Part shown: in pieces, positions 27,496 through 39,143 of the stretch
How the letters are laid out: each line of letters opens with the position of its first letter
Numbering within the stretch: the stretch's first letter is position 1
Assembly: GCA_951406725.2 (NCBI GenBank)
Contig: OX597816.1
Coordinates: 9,300,001 to 9,364,000, forward strand
Origin: Octopus vulgaris
Lineage: Eukaryota
Direction: 5' to 3'
Length of the DNA stretch: 64,000 bases
Notes under the pieces: model-generated
The model's database searches: none
What the model was told of the DNA's origin: nothing
What the model saw: the letters and a program-made list of their open reading frames with translations, nothing else
Made by a program: the position numbers and the translations under genes

Positions 27496-28194
27496 CTGTA
27501 AGGAAATAGAAAAAGAAAAAGGAATGTAAATGCTGATACTTTTTGAACTGTTACAGCCATGGATAAATACATAGATAACTGTTTTATTACAAACTATTAG
27601 TCATCATATTATAATTGTAATTGCACATAATTAATTGCTGTGTGAAGCCAAAACAACTAAAGCAGAACATACGTATTTTAACTGATGACTAGAGTCAGAC
27701 TTGTAGACGACTTTTAAAACAATTCAAATGAAAAAAATTCAAATGAAATAAGTTGTAACACTTGAGAATAACTCGACAAATGTAAACACTGAAATTAAAA
27801 TAATTACAATGGGATGAATAGGATGGAAGAACAAGGCATTGTAAAATCAAGAAGTAAACACAATTTTAAAAGGGAAGGAAAAGGAGCAAAGAAAGAAATT
27901 GAGAGAAAGAGGGAGAGGCTTACAGAGAGATAGAATTAGATTTATTTATTTTTTAAGGAACAAAAGGAAGAAAAGAATTGTAATAATGGTTTCAAATTTT
28001 GGCACAATTTTAGGAGGCGGAGATTAGACAATTACACTGATACAAGTACTTCATTGGTACTTTATTTTATTGACCCCAGAATGATGAAAGGTAAAGTTGA
28101 CAGAAGCAAGATTTGAAATCCGAACGTGAAGAGTCTGAAGAAATGTTGTTAAGCATTTACCCAACATGTTAATGGTTCTGCCGACTTGCTGTCG

Positions 28195-28247
<53 letters not shown>

Positions 28248-28249
28248 TA

Positions 28250-28436
28250 CGACATGATTGAAACAGTGGACCACCTGGTCTCTGGATGTAAAGTCTTAGC
28301 ACCAGTGGAGTATAAATTAAGACATGACAGAGTTGGCCAATATCTACACTGGCTAATAAGTCGGCATTACAATATCAAAACTGCCGACAAGTGGTATAAT
28401 CACCACCCTGAAGCTGTAACTGAAGGAGAAAATGTT
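28250..28436 (+). mobile_element. Fragment of an RLE-type non-LTR retrotransposon (R4/Dong-like), zinc-knuckle/RHD region
   Basis: ETVDHLVSGCKVLAPVEYKLRHDRVGQYLHW...KWYNHHPEAVTEGENV matches the ETxxHxxxxC...RHD motif preceding restriction-like endonucleases; abuts an (AAT)n tract. Confidence 0.8.
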
Positions 28437-28585
28437 GTGGTGACTTTCCAGTACATCAGGGATCACGACACCATCCCCTGCCGGAGAGTCGTGGAGCTTT
28501 AGGTGTTTTCGCTCAATAAACACTAACAGTGCCCGGTCTGGGAATCGAAACCGCAATCCTAACCACTGGGCCATTGCGCCTCCAC
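28437..28585 (-). mobile_element. tRNA-derived SINE family A, 5' part
   Basis: Reverse complement begins gtggaggcgcaatggcccagtggttagg, with an internal deletion. Confidence 0.85.
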
Positions 28586-29418
28586 TGTTAAGCATTTAAC
28601 CAACATGTTAATGGTTCTGCCAACTTGCTGTCTTAATAATAATAGCAATAGTGGTTTCAAATTTTGGGACAAGGCCAGCAATTTTGGGGAAGCGGGTTAA
28701 TTGATTACATCAGCCCCAGTATTCAACTGGTACTTATTTTATCAACCCCGAAAGGATGAAAGGAAAAGTTGACCTTGGCAGAATTTGAACTCAGAATGTA
28801 AAGACTTGCTAATGGCTCTGTCAGCTTGCTGTTTTAGCTCACCACCTCAATAATAATGGTTTCAAACTTTGCCACAATTGCAGTGATTTGGGGGAGGAAA
28901 TGAGTTGATTACACCAACCCCAGTTTTTCACTGGTACTTAATTTATTGACCCCAAAAGGATGAAAGGCAAAGTCAGCCTTGGTGGAATCTGAACTAAAAA
29001 TGTAGCGGCAGATGAAATACTGCTAAGCATTTCGCCCAGCATGCTAACAATTCTGCCAGCTTGCTGCCTTCACCACCTTAATAATAATAACAATAATAAA
29101 ATACAAATGGATAGGAAAGTGAAGAGCAAAAGAGTCGTAAAGAGGAAAGGGTGCATTAATACATGAGGACTGATGTAGGTAAACTGAGAAGCATGGAGTT
29201 TTTGAAGGATGCAGTGGCCTGACAGTTAACAACTAATATGACTCTAGTTTATTTCATGTGTTGACAATTCTGAGCTTGAAAAACATGTTTCCAAAGAATT
29301 GGAAGATTTTTGTAACCATTTTTCTTTTACTCTCTTCAGTCATTTGCCAGTAGCCATACTGGAGCATCAGCTCGAAGGTTTTTTTTTTTGTTTAGTCCCG
29401 CTTCTCTCTTTTCTCTTT

Positions 29419-29823
29419 CTCTTTTTACTTGTTTCAGTCATTTGACTGTAGCCATGCTGGAGCACCGCCTTTAATCGAGCAACTAGACCCCGGGACTTAT
29501 TCTTTGTAAGCCCAGTACTTATTCTATTGGTCTCTTTTGCCGAACCGCTAAGTGGCGGGGACATAAACACACCAGCATAGGTTGTCAAGCAATGTTAGGG
29601 GGACAAACACAGACATACAAACATACACGCACACACACATATATATATGCACATATATACGACAGGCTTCTTTCAGTTTCCGTCTACCAAATCCACTCAC
29701 AAGGCTTTGGTCGGCCCGAGGCTATAGTAGAAGACAGTTTCCCAAGGTGCCACGCAGTGGGACTGAACCCGGAACCATGTAGTTCGTAAGCAAGCTACTT
29801 ACCACACAGCCACTCCTGCACCT
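29419..29823 (-). mobile_element. SINE family B
   Basis: Full-length reverse-complement match. Confidence 0.92.
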
Positions 29824-30202
29824 ATATACATAATATACATAATGTAGATATAACTGCAGCTTCCAACACCATCCAGCACCCTCAGTGTCAGCATCAACAT
29901 ATAGATGATGATTAAGAACCATCAGAAAAAGATGTAAACTATAATTTTACAACAGAGACAGAGAAAGTGTGTGTGTATGCACCTGTGTTTGTGTGTGTGT
30001 ATACATGCAGGCATACCTGTATGTCTGTTCATATATAAGAATACAGGTGAAAATAAGCTTGATCATAAAGGAAAGAGAGAAAGGCGGGTGGAAAATGTCA
30101 GCAAACATAAAAAAAAGAATCAAGCATAATGGAAAAAGGCAAAAAACAAAGAAATTGGAAGAACTGAGGAAGAAAAATTTTTGTCAATGTGGTTATACTA
30201 AC

Positions 30203-30334
30203 CGGGATAAACTCGCATAAAGCCAACAGCACTACCAAAGTATTGCCAAGATAAATTTGAGTCATTGTCTTTATTTTCTTTAAAGACCTTGTCTAAGGCA
30301 CGAGTCCACTGTACTCCATTGAGAACTTCGAGGG
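30203..30334 (-). CDS. CACNA2D: Calcium channel alpha-2/delta subunit, 132-nt internal exon (dCache region)
   Basis: Acceptor ttcttttctttcag|CC, donor CCCG|gttagt. Encodes (T)LEVLNGVQWTRALDKVFKENKDNDSNLSWQYFGSAVGFMRVYP(G); WQYFGS..G..R.YP is an alpha2delta signature. Confidence 0.93.
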
Positions 30335-30424
30335 CTGAAAGAAAAGAACTGCATGTTAATAGCAATGACACCAAAAGATGCTTAACAATTTCAGAATTGG
30401 CTGAAAGGAAGGAGGATAGCTTAC

Positions 30425-30608
30425 TTTTGTGGTACACATAGGTGGCTACATGGACTGTGCTTAAATTTAGATTAACAGAAGTTGTGCCGTACTCTGGTCG
30501 TCTCTCAACACGTAAATACTGGAAGTTCTCCATAAATATTTGTGCGTCTCCTCCCATGGCTCGTAAATCCTCATCAGTAATGAGTAGTTTGGCATTTAAA
30601 TAATCTAC
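30425..30608 (-). CDS. CACNA2D: Calcium channel alpha-2/delta subunit, 184-nt internal exon
   Basis: Acceptor T-rich tract then ttctag|GTA, donor AAAA|gtaagc. Encodes VDYLNAKLLITDEDLRAMGGDAQIFMENFQYLRVERRPEYGTTSVNLNLSTVHVATYVYHK; the Y.NAK and VN...S.VHV.T motifs are conserved in alpha2delta. Confidence 0.9.
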
Positions 30609-30696
30609 CTAGAATAAAAAAAAAAAAAGAAAAAACACAATGGGAAATGAAAATGGAGGAGAAATGAAGAAAAGAGGGAATTAAGGTAGTGATATT

Positions 30697-31079
30697 ACTC
30701 TTTACTTGTTTCAGTCATTTGACTGCGGTCATGCTGGAGCACTGCCTTTAGTCGAGCAACTTGATGCCAGGACTTATTCTTTGGAAGCCTAGTACTTATT
30801 CTATTGGTCTCTTTTGCCAAACCAGTAAGTTATGGGGATGTAAACACACCACCATCGGTTGTCAAGTGATGTTGGAGGGACAAACACAGACACACAAACA
30901 TATATATACATATATATGATGGGCTTCTTTCAGTTTCCGTCAACCAAATCTACTCACAAGGCTTTGGTCGGCCTGGGACTATAGTAGAAGACACTTGCTC
31001 AAGGTGCCACGCAGTGGGAATGAACCCAGAACCATGTGGTTGGTAAGCAAGCTACTTACCATACAGCCACTCCTGCGCC
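30697..31079 (-). mobile_element. SINE family B
   Basis: Full-length reverse-complement match, ~90 bp from the exon acceptor. Confidence 0.9.
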
Positions 31080-31388
31080 CTATATATATATTTATATTAT
31101 TAATATTTAGCAGAAGTAACAGAGTGACTCAAGGGCCAAGTGCTGCTTTGTGTGTTAGGAAGGGCATCCAGCCATGAAACCATACCAAAGCAGACCTAAC
31201 TGGTGCTGGTACCACATAAAAAGCACTCAATCTACTCTGTAAAGTGTGTCAGCACTTAACAAACTAACACACAAAACTCTCAGCCCTTGAGTCAATCTGT
31301 TACTTCTGCTAAATATTAATAAAATATATACACTCATGTTTTGACTTCTATTTTTCCTGTTTGCATTGCCAAACACACACACACACAT

Positions 31389-31457
<69 letters not shown>

Positions 31458-31769
31458 CATTATTGTTATCATTTCTATGTCAGCTTTCCATGCTGCCATA
31501 GGTTGGAAGCTTAGGTAGGATCCGTGGTGTTCAGCAGAGTAAAATAGGAATCATAAAGAGTCCATAAGCAAAACATAGTTGAGAACCATGATTTAGATGA
31601 AATCATTCTCTTATAAAATATGCTTGTGTGTGTGTTTGTGTGTGTGTGAGTGTGCATGCACATGTATGTGTGTGTGCATATATATGATTGTGGTGTAAGC
31701 TTTTCAACCACACAGTGATGGCCATGCTAGAATTTATCAAATCCATTCAAGGAAATTCTATTTATTACA

Positions 31770-32059
31770 TGTGTTACGTAAAAGCTCCATCTGTTCGTGG
31801 CCGTTGACAGCCTCGCCTAGCCCCCGTGCCGGTGGCATATAAAAAGCACCATCTGTCTGTGGCCGTTTGCCAGCTCCGTCTGGCACCTGTGCGGGTGGCA
31901 CGTAAAAAGCACCCACTACACTCACGGAGTGGTTGGCGTTAGGAAGGGCATCCAGCCATAGAAACACTGCCAGATCAGACTGGGCCTGATGCAGCCTTCT
32001 GGCTTCACAGACCCCAGTTGAACCGTCCAACCCATGCTAGCATGGAAAGCGGACGCTAA

Positions 32060-32092
<33 letters not shown>
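31770..32092 (+). mobile_element. Young RTE-LINE 3' end copy
   Basis: Nearly identical to the 3' part of 53297-53860; (GAT)n tail. Confidence 0.9.
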
Positions 32093-32094
<2 letters not shown>

Positions 32095-33059
32095 TGCAAA
32101 GAGGAAACGAAATAATCCTAACAAATTCAGTTTTCCCCTCCTTTGCTATGATAAAGCAAAAAAAGTTGGTGACATTAATGTGGTTTGACTTTTTTGCATG
32201 TTAGTGACTGTAGGGAAAGCCATAAGTTGACTGCATTACAGAAATGCAGATCTAAGGATGAAAGTATAAACACTGAAAGGAAATATGATATGAAAGGAAA
32301 GGGAAAAAAATAGGTGGGGGCATGAAATGAGTTTGGTGGATGTAACTTGCAGCCTTGCTAACTTGAACAGCAAAGCTCTTTATAATGGCATCTGGTAAAT
32401 TCCACATGGTAATTATATGATGGTAAACACATCACCTATAACTATCTCTACAGTAAATATATTACCTGTAATTGAACTATGGCAAATGTATCACATGTAA
32501 TTTCATAAAATGGTAATTTCATTGCAAGGTAGTCGCACCACAAACCCATATGTGAATGGTAAATTCATTCTTATGCTAAATTTAATGTTGGTAAATTCAT
32601 CATTGGAGTTTTTTTTTAAATTTTCAGTGTAAATATGTAGCTAAAGTTTATTTTCAAGTTTTATTTGCAGAATAAATACATCACGTATGGTTAACAATTT
32701 GAAAGAAATTCAAAGAATATCTATAGGAAATTTACTCAAAATTTACATAAAAAATATCAAAGTTACTTTCATGTATGTGGGTGCATGTGTGTGTGAGTGT
32801 GTGTGTTTGTGCATATATATATATATATGATTGTGATGCAGTAAAAGACATACCTATTTCAAATTGGAGGAGGAAAGAAACATCTTAAAAAGTGAAATTA
32901 TGAGCAATGCCTCTTAACCCTTTTGATATCAACTTACCCAAGACTATAATTGTGTCTATGACACAAACATTTTGTATTAAACTAATCTAATTTAAAACCA
33001 TCCATCAAAATTTCATGTTAATTTATGTTCCAAAAAACGGCTTGATAATAACAAAATTA

Positions 33060-33180
33060 TAATAAATAATGAAATTATTGTATACAGTGCTCAGGTGCAC
33101 CACAACTTGTCAAAAGTGCGCATAAAGCATGTGCCTTAATGTACAGATATCTGGGAAGTGAACAGTGTATGAGTCAGATA
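33060..33180 (-). mobile_element. CR1-type 3' end fragment inserted in a piggyBac-type MITE
   Basis: Reverse complement of the gtgcacctgagcactgtacacaat terminus seen at ~37926-37948; the host begins ttaacccttttgatatc at ~32915. Confidence 0.6.
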
Positions 33181-33325
33181 CATTTTACTAAACACTTCAT
33201 TATTTTAAAATTTTATTAAAATAATGGTAATGTGTTTGAAAAGAAATATGGCAAAAAGCATGTTAAATAATCCAACAGTTTATCACTTTATTGATGTTGC
33301 ACTGAATTCCTGCTGCACTATATAT

Positions 33326-33391
<66 letters not shown>

Positions 33392-33475
33392 CTAAACACT
33401 TCATTATTTAAAAATTTTATTAAAATAATGGTAATGTGTTTGAAAAGAAATATGGCAAAAGACATGTTAAATAAT

Positions 33476-33527
<52 letters not shown>

Positions 33528-34019
33528 CTGTGTAGATTTTCTGCTACAGCAATACATTGATTATTATTTCATTTCCTCATTGTTCCTTTTTTAACATTTC
33601 TACAATTTTCCAGGTCATAGAATGAATGCTTCGTCTTTGAATTTTTTTCATTTTCTTTGTTAATGAAATATGATGTATTTTGTCTATGGATAAAACTTTA
33701 AATAATTCTTAACAATGTATTTATTCAACAGATAAAAAAGCACACTGATGATTTTTACCAATGATACAATTGGTCTGATGACGAATTTACATAATGGCTC
33801 TTGATTTAATTATTTTGTGATGAAATTACCAAGCAATAAAATTATAGGAGATATATTTACTGCAGTATAATTGCTTGTGATGAACTTGCAGCAAAACCTT
33901 TATAAATAGCAGTGTAAAAGACAGAAGAAAAATATACATCAATGAGGTGTGTAGGCTATTGTTAGTGAGTGAAAACTGGCTAGTCATATGGATAACATTT
34001 GCTTCAAATGTGTACAAGA

Positions 34020-34068
<49 letters not shown>

Positions 34069-34443
34069 CATGTGATGGGTTCGAAGAGTAGAATAATCTT
34101 GGCTGCTGGAGAATTGATAAAACTTCCGAGTTAGCAGATATTAGTATTACAGATGTTCATAGAAACTCAACATTTTCCAGACATTTTGTTGATAGTTTTC
34201 AATTATTGAATTATGAACTGATACTTTTATCTAGCAAGATCTTTGTTGAAATACACTGAAATTTATCTAAATATCACTTCTCACTTTTCAACCAAACTAT
34301 CAGATGTTCTTTTACAACATTGGTTACAATGTGGTTCCATTCTTCCCTTCATTGTTCCTTCTCTGACGTCTGGGGATGAATTGTTTGACTGTGACATCTT
34401 CCCAAATGATATTTAGAAACAGGTCCTCAAAAATCAGAGTATT

Positions 34444-35041
34444 TAACTTCTTAGCATTTAAAGTAGTCATATCTGGCCAAATTATTCTACTTATTTTATC
34501 TTCAGATCAGCCAAATCTGGCCTCTCACAGCAACCCTACAATCATCATCATCATCATCGTTTAACGCCCGTTTTCCATGATAGCATGGGTTGGACAGTTC
34601 GACTGGAGTCTGGGAAGCTAGGAGGCTGCACCAGGCTCCAGTCTGATCTGGCAGTGTTTCTACAGCTGGATGCCCTTCCTAACGCCAACCACTCCGTGAG
34701 TGTAGTGGGTGCTTTTTACATGCCACTGGCACAGGTATCACAACTACAATTTCCATTTGATTTTTTGATGTTGATGGTGATGTACTTGACTCAATAGGTC
34801 TCCTCAAGCACTGCAGGTCACCCTACGATCCAAGGTAAGCACAGCAGGCCATTCTGCGATCCAAGGCACTTTGGAAGGAATGAGGCTTCTATGTGAAGCT
34901 GGTGCATTTTAAAAATAAACAATCACATTACCAAAATCTCAAAGCTATAAAGGATAGTTCACAATCAATTCAAAACAATGTGAATAAATAAGATAAATAA
35001 GCATTGCATTTGACAAAGTAATCTGAATGTGAAAGGGTTAA
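34444..35041. mobile_element. piggyBac-type (TTAA) MITE interrupted by a minus-strand RTE 3' end (~34541-34905)
   Basis: Termini ttaacttcttagcatt and aatgtgaaagggttaa; homologous to 50937-51135; internal (CAT)n-tailed RTE terminus. Confidence 0.7.
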
Positions 35042-35854
35042 TGTTATATGAACAATGAGTAAGCATTAGGTGAAAAAGTACTGCGTTCTGTAGCTCAATA
35101 TAGTTTGGGAAGAGAAAGACAGAAACAAAAAGTTGGAAAAGGTGGTGAAGTCAGATCTGAGGATGCTGGGCTTTACTGAAGAGATGATGAAAGACTGAGA
35201 TTATTAGTGGAGTGCTCTATTGCAGATCCCTTTCCCAGCCCATATCAGCATGGAAAAACAAATGTTAAAATGTTAATGATGATATTAAGCTCAAAGTGCA
35301 TTTTATCATTAGATTGAAAATATCAAAGAGAGTTTATTCAGAAAAATGTTAGAAATTATCTTTCATCTGCCATTTATTATGGTTTTAGGACTATATTTAT
35401 GCAGTTACAATTTAAAAAAAATTTAGAATGGAAGAAGAAAAAAAAAACAAAAAGAAAAAAACAAACAAGCAACAGAGCTCATAAGCTTTTCAAGTAGTCC
35501 TAGAATAGAGGACGGGGGATTGATATGGCTAATGCTTAGGTTTAAACTTTTGTAATTTAGTAGCTGAAAGGAAAATGTAGACATAGAGTTGCAAAAAATG
35601 CAATTTAGAAGAGAAAGATTGGGGAAAAATATTTTGTGTAAAGGGTAGAGAATGAGGCGTAGTGTGAGTAATAAATATAGGAAGGGTGAGTGAAGTGCAT
35701 ATACTTAGGCAGAAGTTGTGTAAGATTGGTTATATATGTATATATAATATGTTGGTAGTTAGGGTAGATCCAGCTCTTTCCTCTTGAAGTACATCTGCTT
35801 ATTCCATTATTAGAATCCAATATGTGGTCTCAGTTGCTGCTGTATATAAGTCAT

Positions 35855-36231
35855 CACCATCATCATCATTGTTTAATGTCCACCTTCCATGCTGGCATGG
35901 GTTTTATGGCTGGAAACCCTTCCTAACACCAACCACCCCACAGAGTGGAATGAGTGCATTTTGTATGACAGGAGCACAGGTGAGGTCAGTTTTGGCATGA
36001 TTTTTACTGCTGGCTGCCCTTCCAAATGCCAACCACTTTACAGTTTGGACTAGATGCTTTTTGTGTGATACCAGCAATGGCAGGGTGACCAAGTATCTTG
36101 CAAGACAAAGATCCTTTGAGAGGGGAGGGGTAACTGGAGGAGGTGATGTTGTGTTAGATAGTGAAAGGTTAGAGTGTGACAGGTACAGGTATCTTGCTGT
36201 AGAGGAGGTACATGGTTACATGGTGTGCAAG

Positions 36232-36310
<79 letters not shown>

Positions 36311-36311
36311 G

Positions 36312-36358
<47 letters not shown>

Positions 36359-36411
36359 AAACAGAAATAGGTGTGCTGCTGTAAAAAAGATATATGGTGA
36401 CCCAGCATGAG

Positions 36412-36465
<54 letters not shown>

Positions 36466-37390
36466 CAGAGAGAGTGGGAGACAGCAAGAGTGTAAGAGAA
36501 GGCAAGAGAGAGAGGGTGGCAAGGTGCTGGGCATACTCACAAGGTATGAGGATCAGAATATAAATGAGAGGGTAGAATAAAGGAAGAGAAAGAGAGATGA
36601 CGGCAAGTGTCAGGGCATACCCTCATGGTACGGAGGTCATAATATAAGTGGCTGGGTATTGCCAAAGAAGCATGAGTAGAAAGTGGGGGTCAGAAATGTA
36701 GTGGCTGGTGAAAACCTGGGTATATAGATGGGATGAGGGACTACTGAATAGCAATGATACAATGAGCAGGGCCGTATAGACAGGATTGGGGAATGAGAGA
36801 TACGCATAGTACATGAAAGAGGAAATATGAGGAAGAGAAGAGACATAGTTTGGTTTGTAGGGTGTAGGAAAAGTTTGTTACAAGCGGGTGGAACATACAG
36901 TGTTTCTAGAACACAGTTTCACTGACATGGGTGGGTCGTTTCAAGAACCTCATATCACCAGGTATCTCAGTCCATTGTCATTTTCATCACAAGGCCCAAC
37001 ATCCTGAGATTAGTCTTCACCACTTCATCCCATGTCTTCCTGAGTCTGCCTCTTCCACAGGTACCATCCAGTCTCAGTGATTGGCACTTCTTTATACACC
37101 TGTCTTCATCACATGTCCAAACTAATGTAATCTTCTCTCTTGCATGCTGTATTTAATTCCTCTTATACCTAACTTTCTCTCAACACATTTGCACATCCAA
37201 CAGAGCATACTACCTTCATTCTTCTCCAGTCTACACATGTCTTCTGCATTCAGAGCCCATGTCTCACTACCCTGCAGTATAGCCATTTGCACACAAGCAT
37301 CATGCAGTCTATTTTTCACTCTGAGAGAGTCTTTTAGTTGCCAACAGAGGTAATAGTTCTCTGAACTTCCTCCATCTCATTCTTCTTTAA
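35855..37390 (-). mobile_element. Old 5'-truncated RTE LINE (ORF C-terminus plus 3'UTR with (GATA)n expansion)
   Basis: KNRLHDACVQMAILQGSETWALNAEDMCRLEKNEGSMLCWMC is a decayed homolog of KGRLYDACVRTAMLHGSETWAVTAEDMRKLARNEASMLRWMC in the 62912-64000 ORF; (CAT)n tail near 35855. Continuity across the middle is inferred. Confidence 0.75.
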
Positions 37391-37596
37391 GAAACAATAA
37401 TTAGTCAAAAAACATATTAAAATTGAGAATGATAGAGATATTCCTTACATGTCTATCTAACATGTAAAACTTTGTAATTTCTATTAGCAAATGAAAGATG
37501 TGTAAGGATGAATAAATAATACAAAAAAAGGTCCAATTTCGTTTTGCCATGTGTGCATGTGTGTGTATATGTGCATGTGCATATATATATTGTTTC

Positions 37597-37960
37597 CCTG
37601 GGCATGGATTCACTGAAACTCCGGCGTCTGGCGACGGACTTGGTAAACACCCACAAAGTTATCAACCACCTCACCAACAACAACACTGAACACCTTTTTG
37701 ATCTCCATGTGTCTAACACACGTGGACACGCCTACAAAGTCAGAAAACAACACGGCTCCCATGACTTTCGGAAACATTTTTTCACGCTCAGAGTTGCTGA
37801 AGCATGGAACAAACTGCCTGCGTCAGTTGTTGACTGCCATGACACTGCATCCTTTAAGGCTCTCATGCTTTCCGAAATCCGCCGAAACTACACCTGATTA
37901 TACATACATTTTAGATGAGTTGTAGTGCACCTGAGCACTGTACACAATGTTTTTATTATT
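37597..37960 (+). mobile_element. 5'-truncated CR1-clade LINE (ORF2 C-terminus plus short 3'UTR)
   Basis: LGMDSLKLRRLATDL...TRGHAYKV...FRKHFFTLRVAEAWNKLPASVV...SFK is the classic CR1 C-terminal signature (TRGH..K, R..FF..RV...WN.LP); stop at 37897; (TTA)n tail. Confidence 0.9.
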
Positions 37961-38470
37961 ATATATATATATACCAGAAGGTAATCTTGATCTTCAGCTT
38001 AACATGGAGGTTGTGCTAGAACACAGATTACTGCATTGCTTACCTTGAGAAGTAGTATTAAAACCTTCTAGTATTAATACCGCCTCTGTCACTATTATAC
38101 ACACACACACACACACATATATATATATTCACTTACATATACGCAAACAAACGCACACAAACATATATACATATAAATTGTTGAAGTTAATCTTATGGCA
38201 AGTTGAAACACTCATAGTCCTGATTGACTGCTAGCAACCACAGGCAGTCTCAGACAGATTGGTATTATAAGGGTTAAAAAGGGAAACTGCTAAGTCACAG
38301 ATTTTTAGAATTTATCTTTCCATTTCCATTTTCAAAATCCAAATCTAGTAATCCTGTGGCAAACATAGTAGCTAGATTCATATTATATTTGTAACAGCAA
38401 AAGAAACCATTTATAACACCTTATATTAAAATATATTGACACTGCTTATAATTTTATATAAATCTTACAT

Positions 38471-38871
38471 AGGCGCAGGAGTGGCTGTGTGGTAAGTAGT
38501 TTGCTAAACAACCACATGGTTCCGGGTTCAGTCCCACTGCATGGCATCTTGGGCAAGTGTCTTCTGCTATAGCCCTGGGCCGACCAATGCCTTGTGAATG
38601 GATTTGGTAGAGGGAAACTGAAAGAAGCCTGTCGTATATATGTATATATATATAAGTGTGTGTGTCTGTATTTGTCCCCCTAGCATTGCTTGACAACCGA
38701 TGCTGGTGTGTTTACGTCTCCGTCACTTAGCGGTTCGGCAAAAGAGACTGATAGAATAAGTACTGGGCTTACAAAGAATAAGTCCCGGGGTCGATTTGCT
38801 CGACTAAAGGTGGTGCTCCAGCATGGCCGCAGTCAAACAAGTATGACTGAAACAAGTAAACGAGTAAAGAG
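38471..38871 (+). mobile_element. SINE family B
   Basis: Full-length match. Confidence 0.92.
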
Positions 38872-39083
38872 TTTTTGTAAACAAGGTGAGACATTATTTG
38901 TCAAAAGGTTGTTCGTTTTGTTTCTTCATTGAAATAGAACATTTTTTTTTTAATGTAGAAATATCTAAATCAAATATATTCTTTAAAAGATATTCTGAGA
39001 ACTCATCATCATAGAGTGCCACTACCAGATTAAAAGTTAACAGTGAAAAGTAATCAGAAAACAATGAACAGATATTAAATTAC

Positions 39084-39143
39084 CGGTGGATTTACTTCTA
39101 CTGTATAATTTCTGTAGGCTTCTTCCGCTGCTGTAGCAAGTTT
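39084..39143 (-). CDS. CACNA2D: Calcium channel alpha-2/delta subunit, 60-nt internal exon (not in the ORF track frame)
   Basis: Acceptor ctctatttttgttccag|AAA, donor CCG|gtaatt. Encodes KLATAAEEAYRNYTVEVNPP (cf. alpha2delta xLxxxAE motif), phase 0-0, joining VDYLNAK in frame. Confidence 0.88.

Noticed and set aside
30198-30557. ORF-track 119-aa protein starting at MGGDAQ as a single coding unit
   Set aside because: The Met is internal to an exon starting at 30608, and the ORF reads through a 90-nt GT-AG intron and past the donor at 30203.
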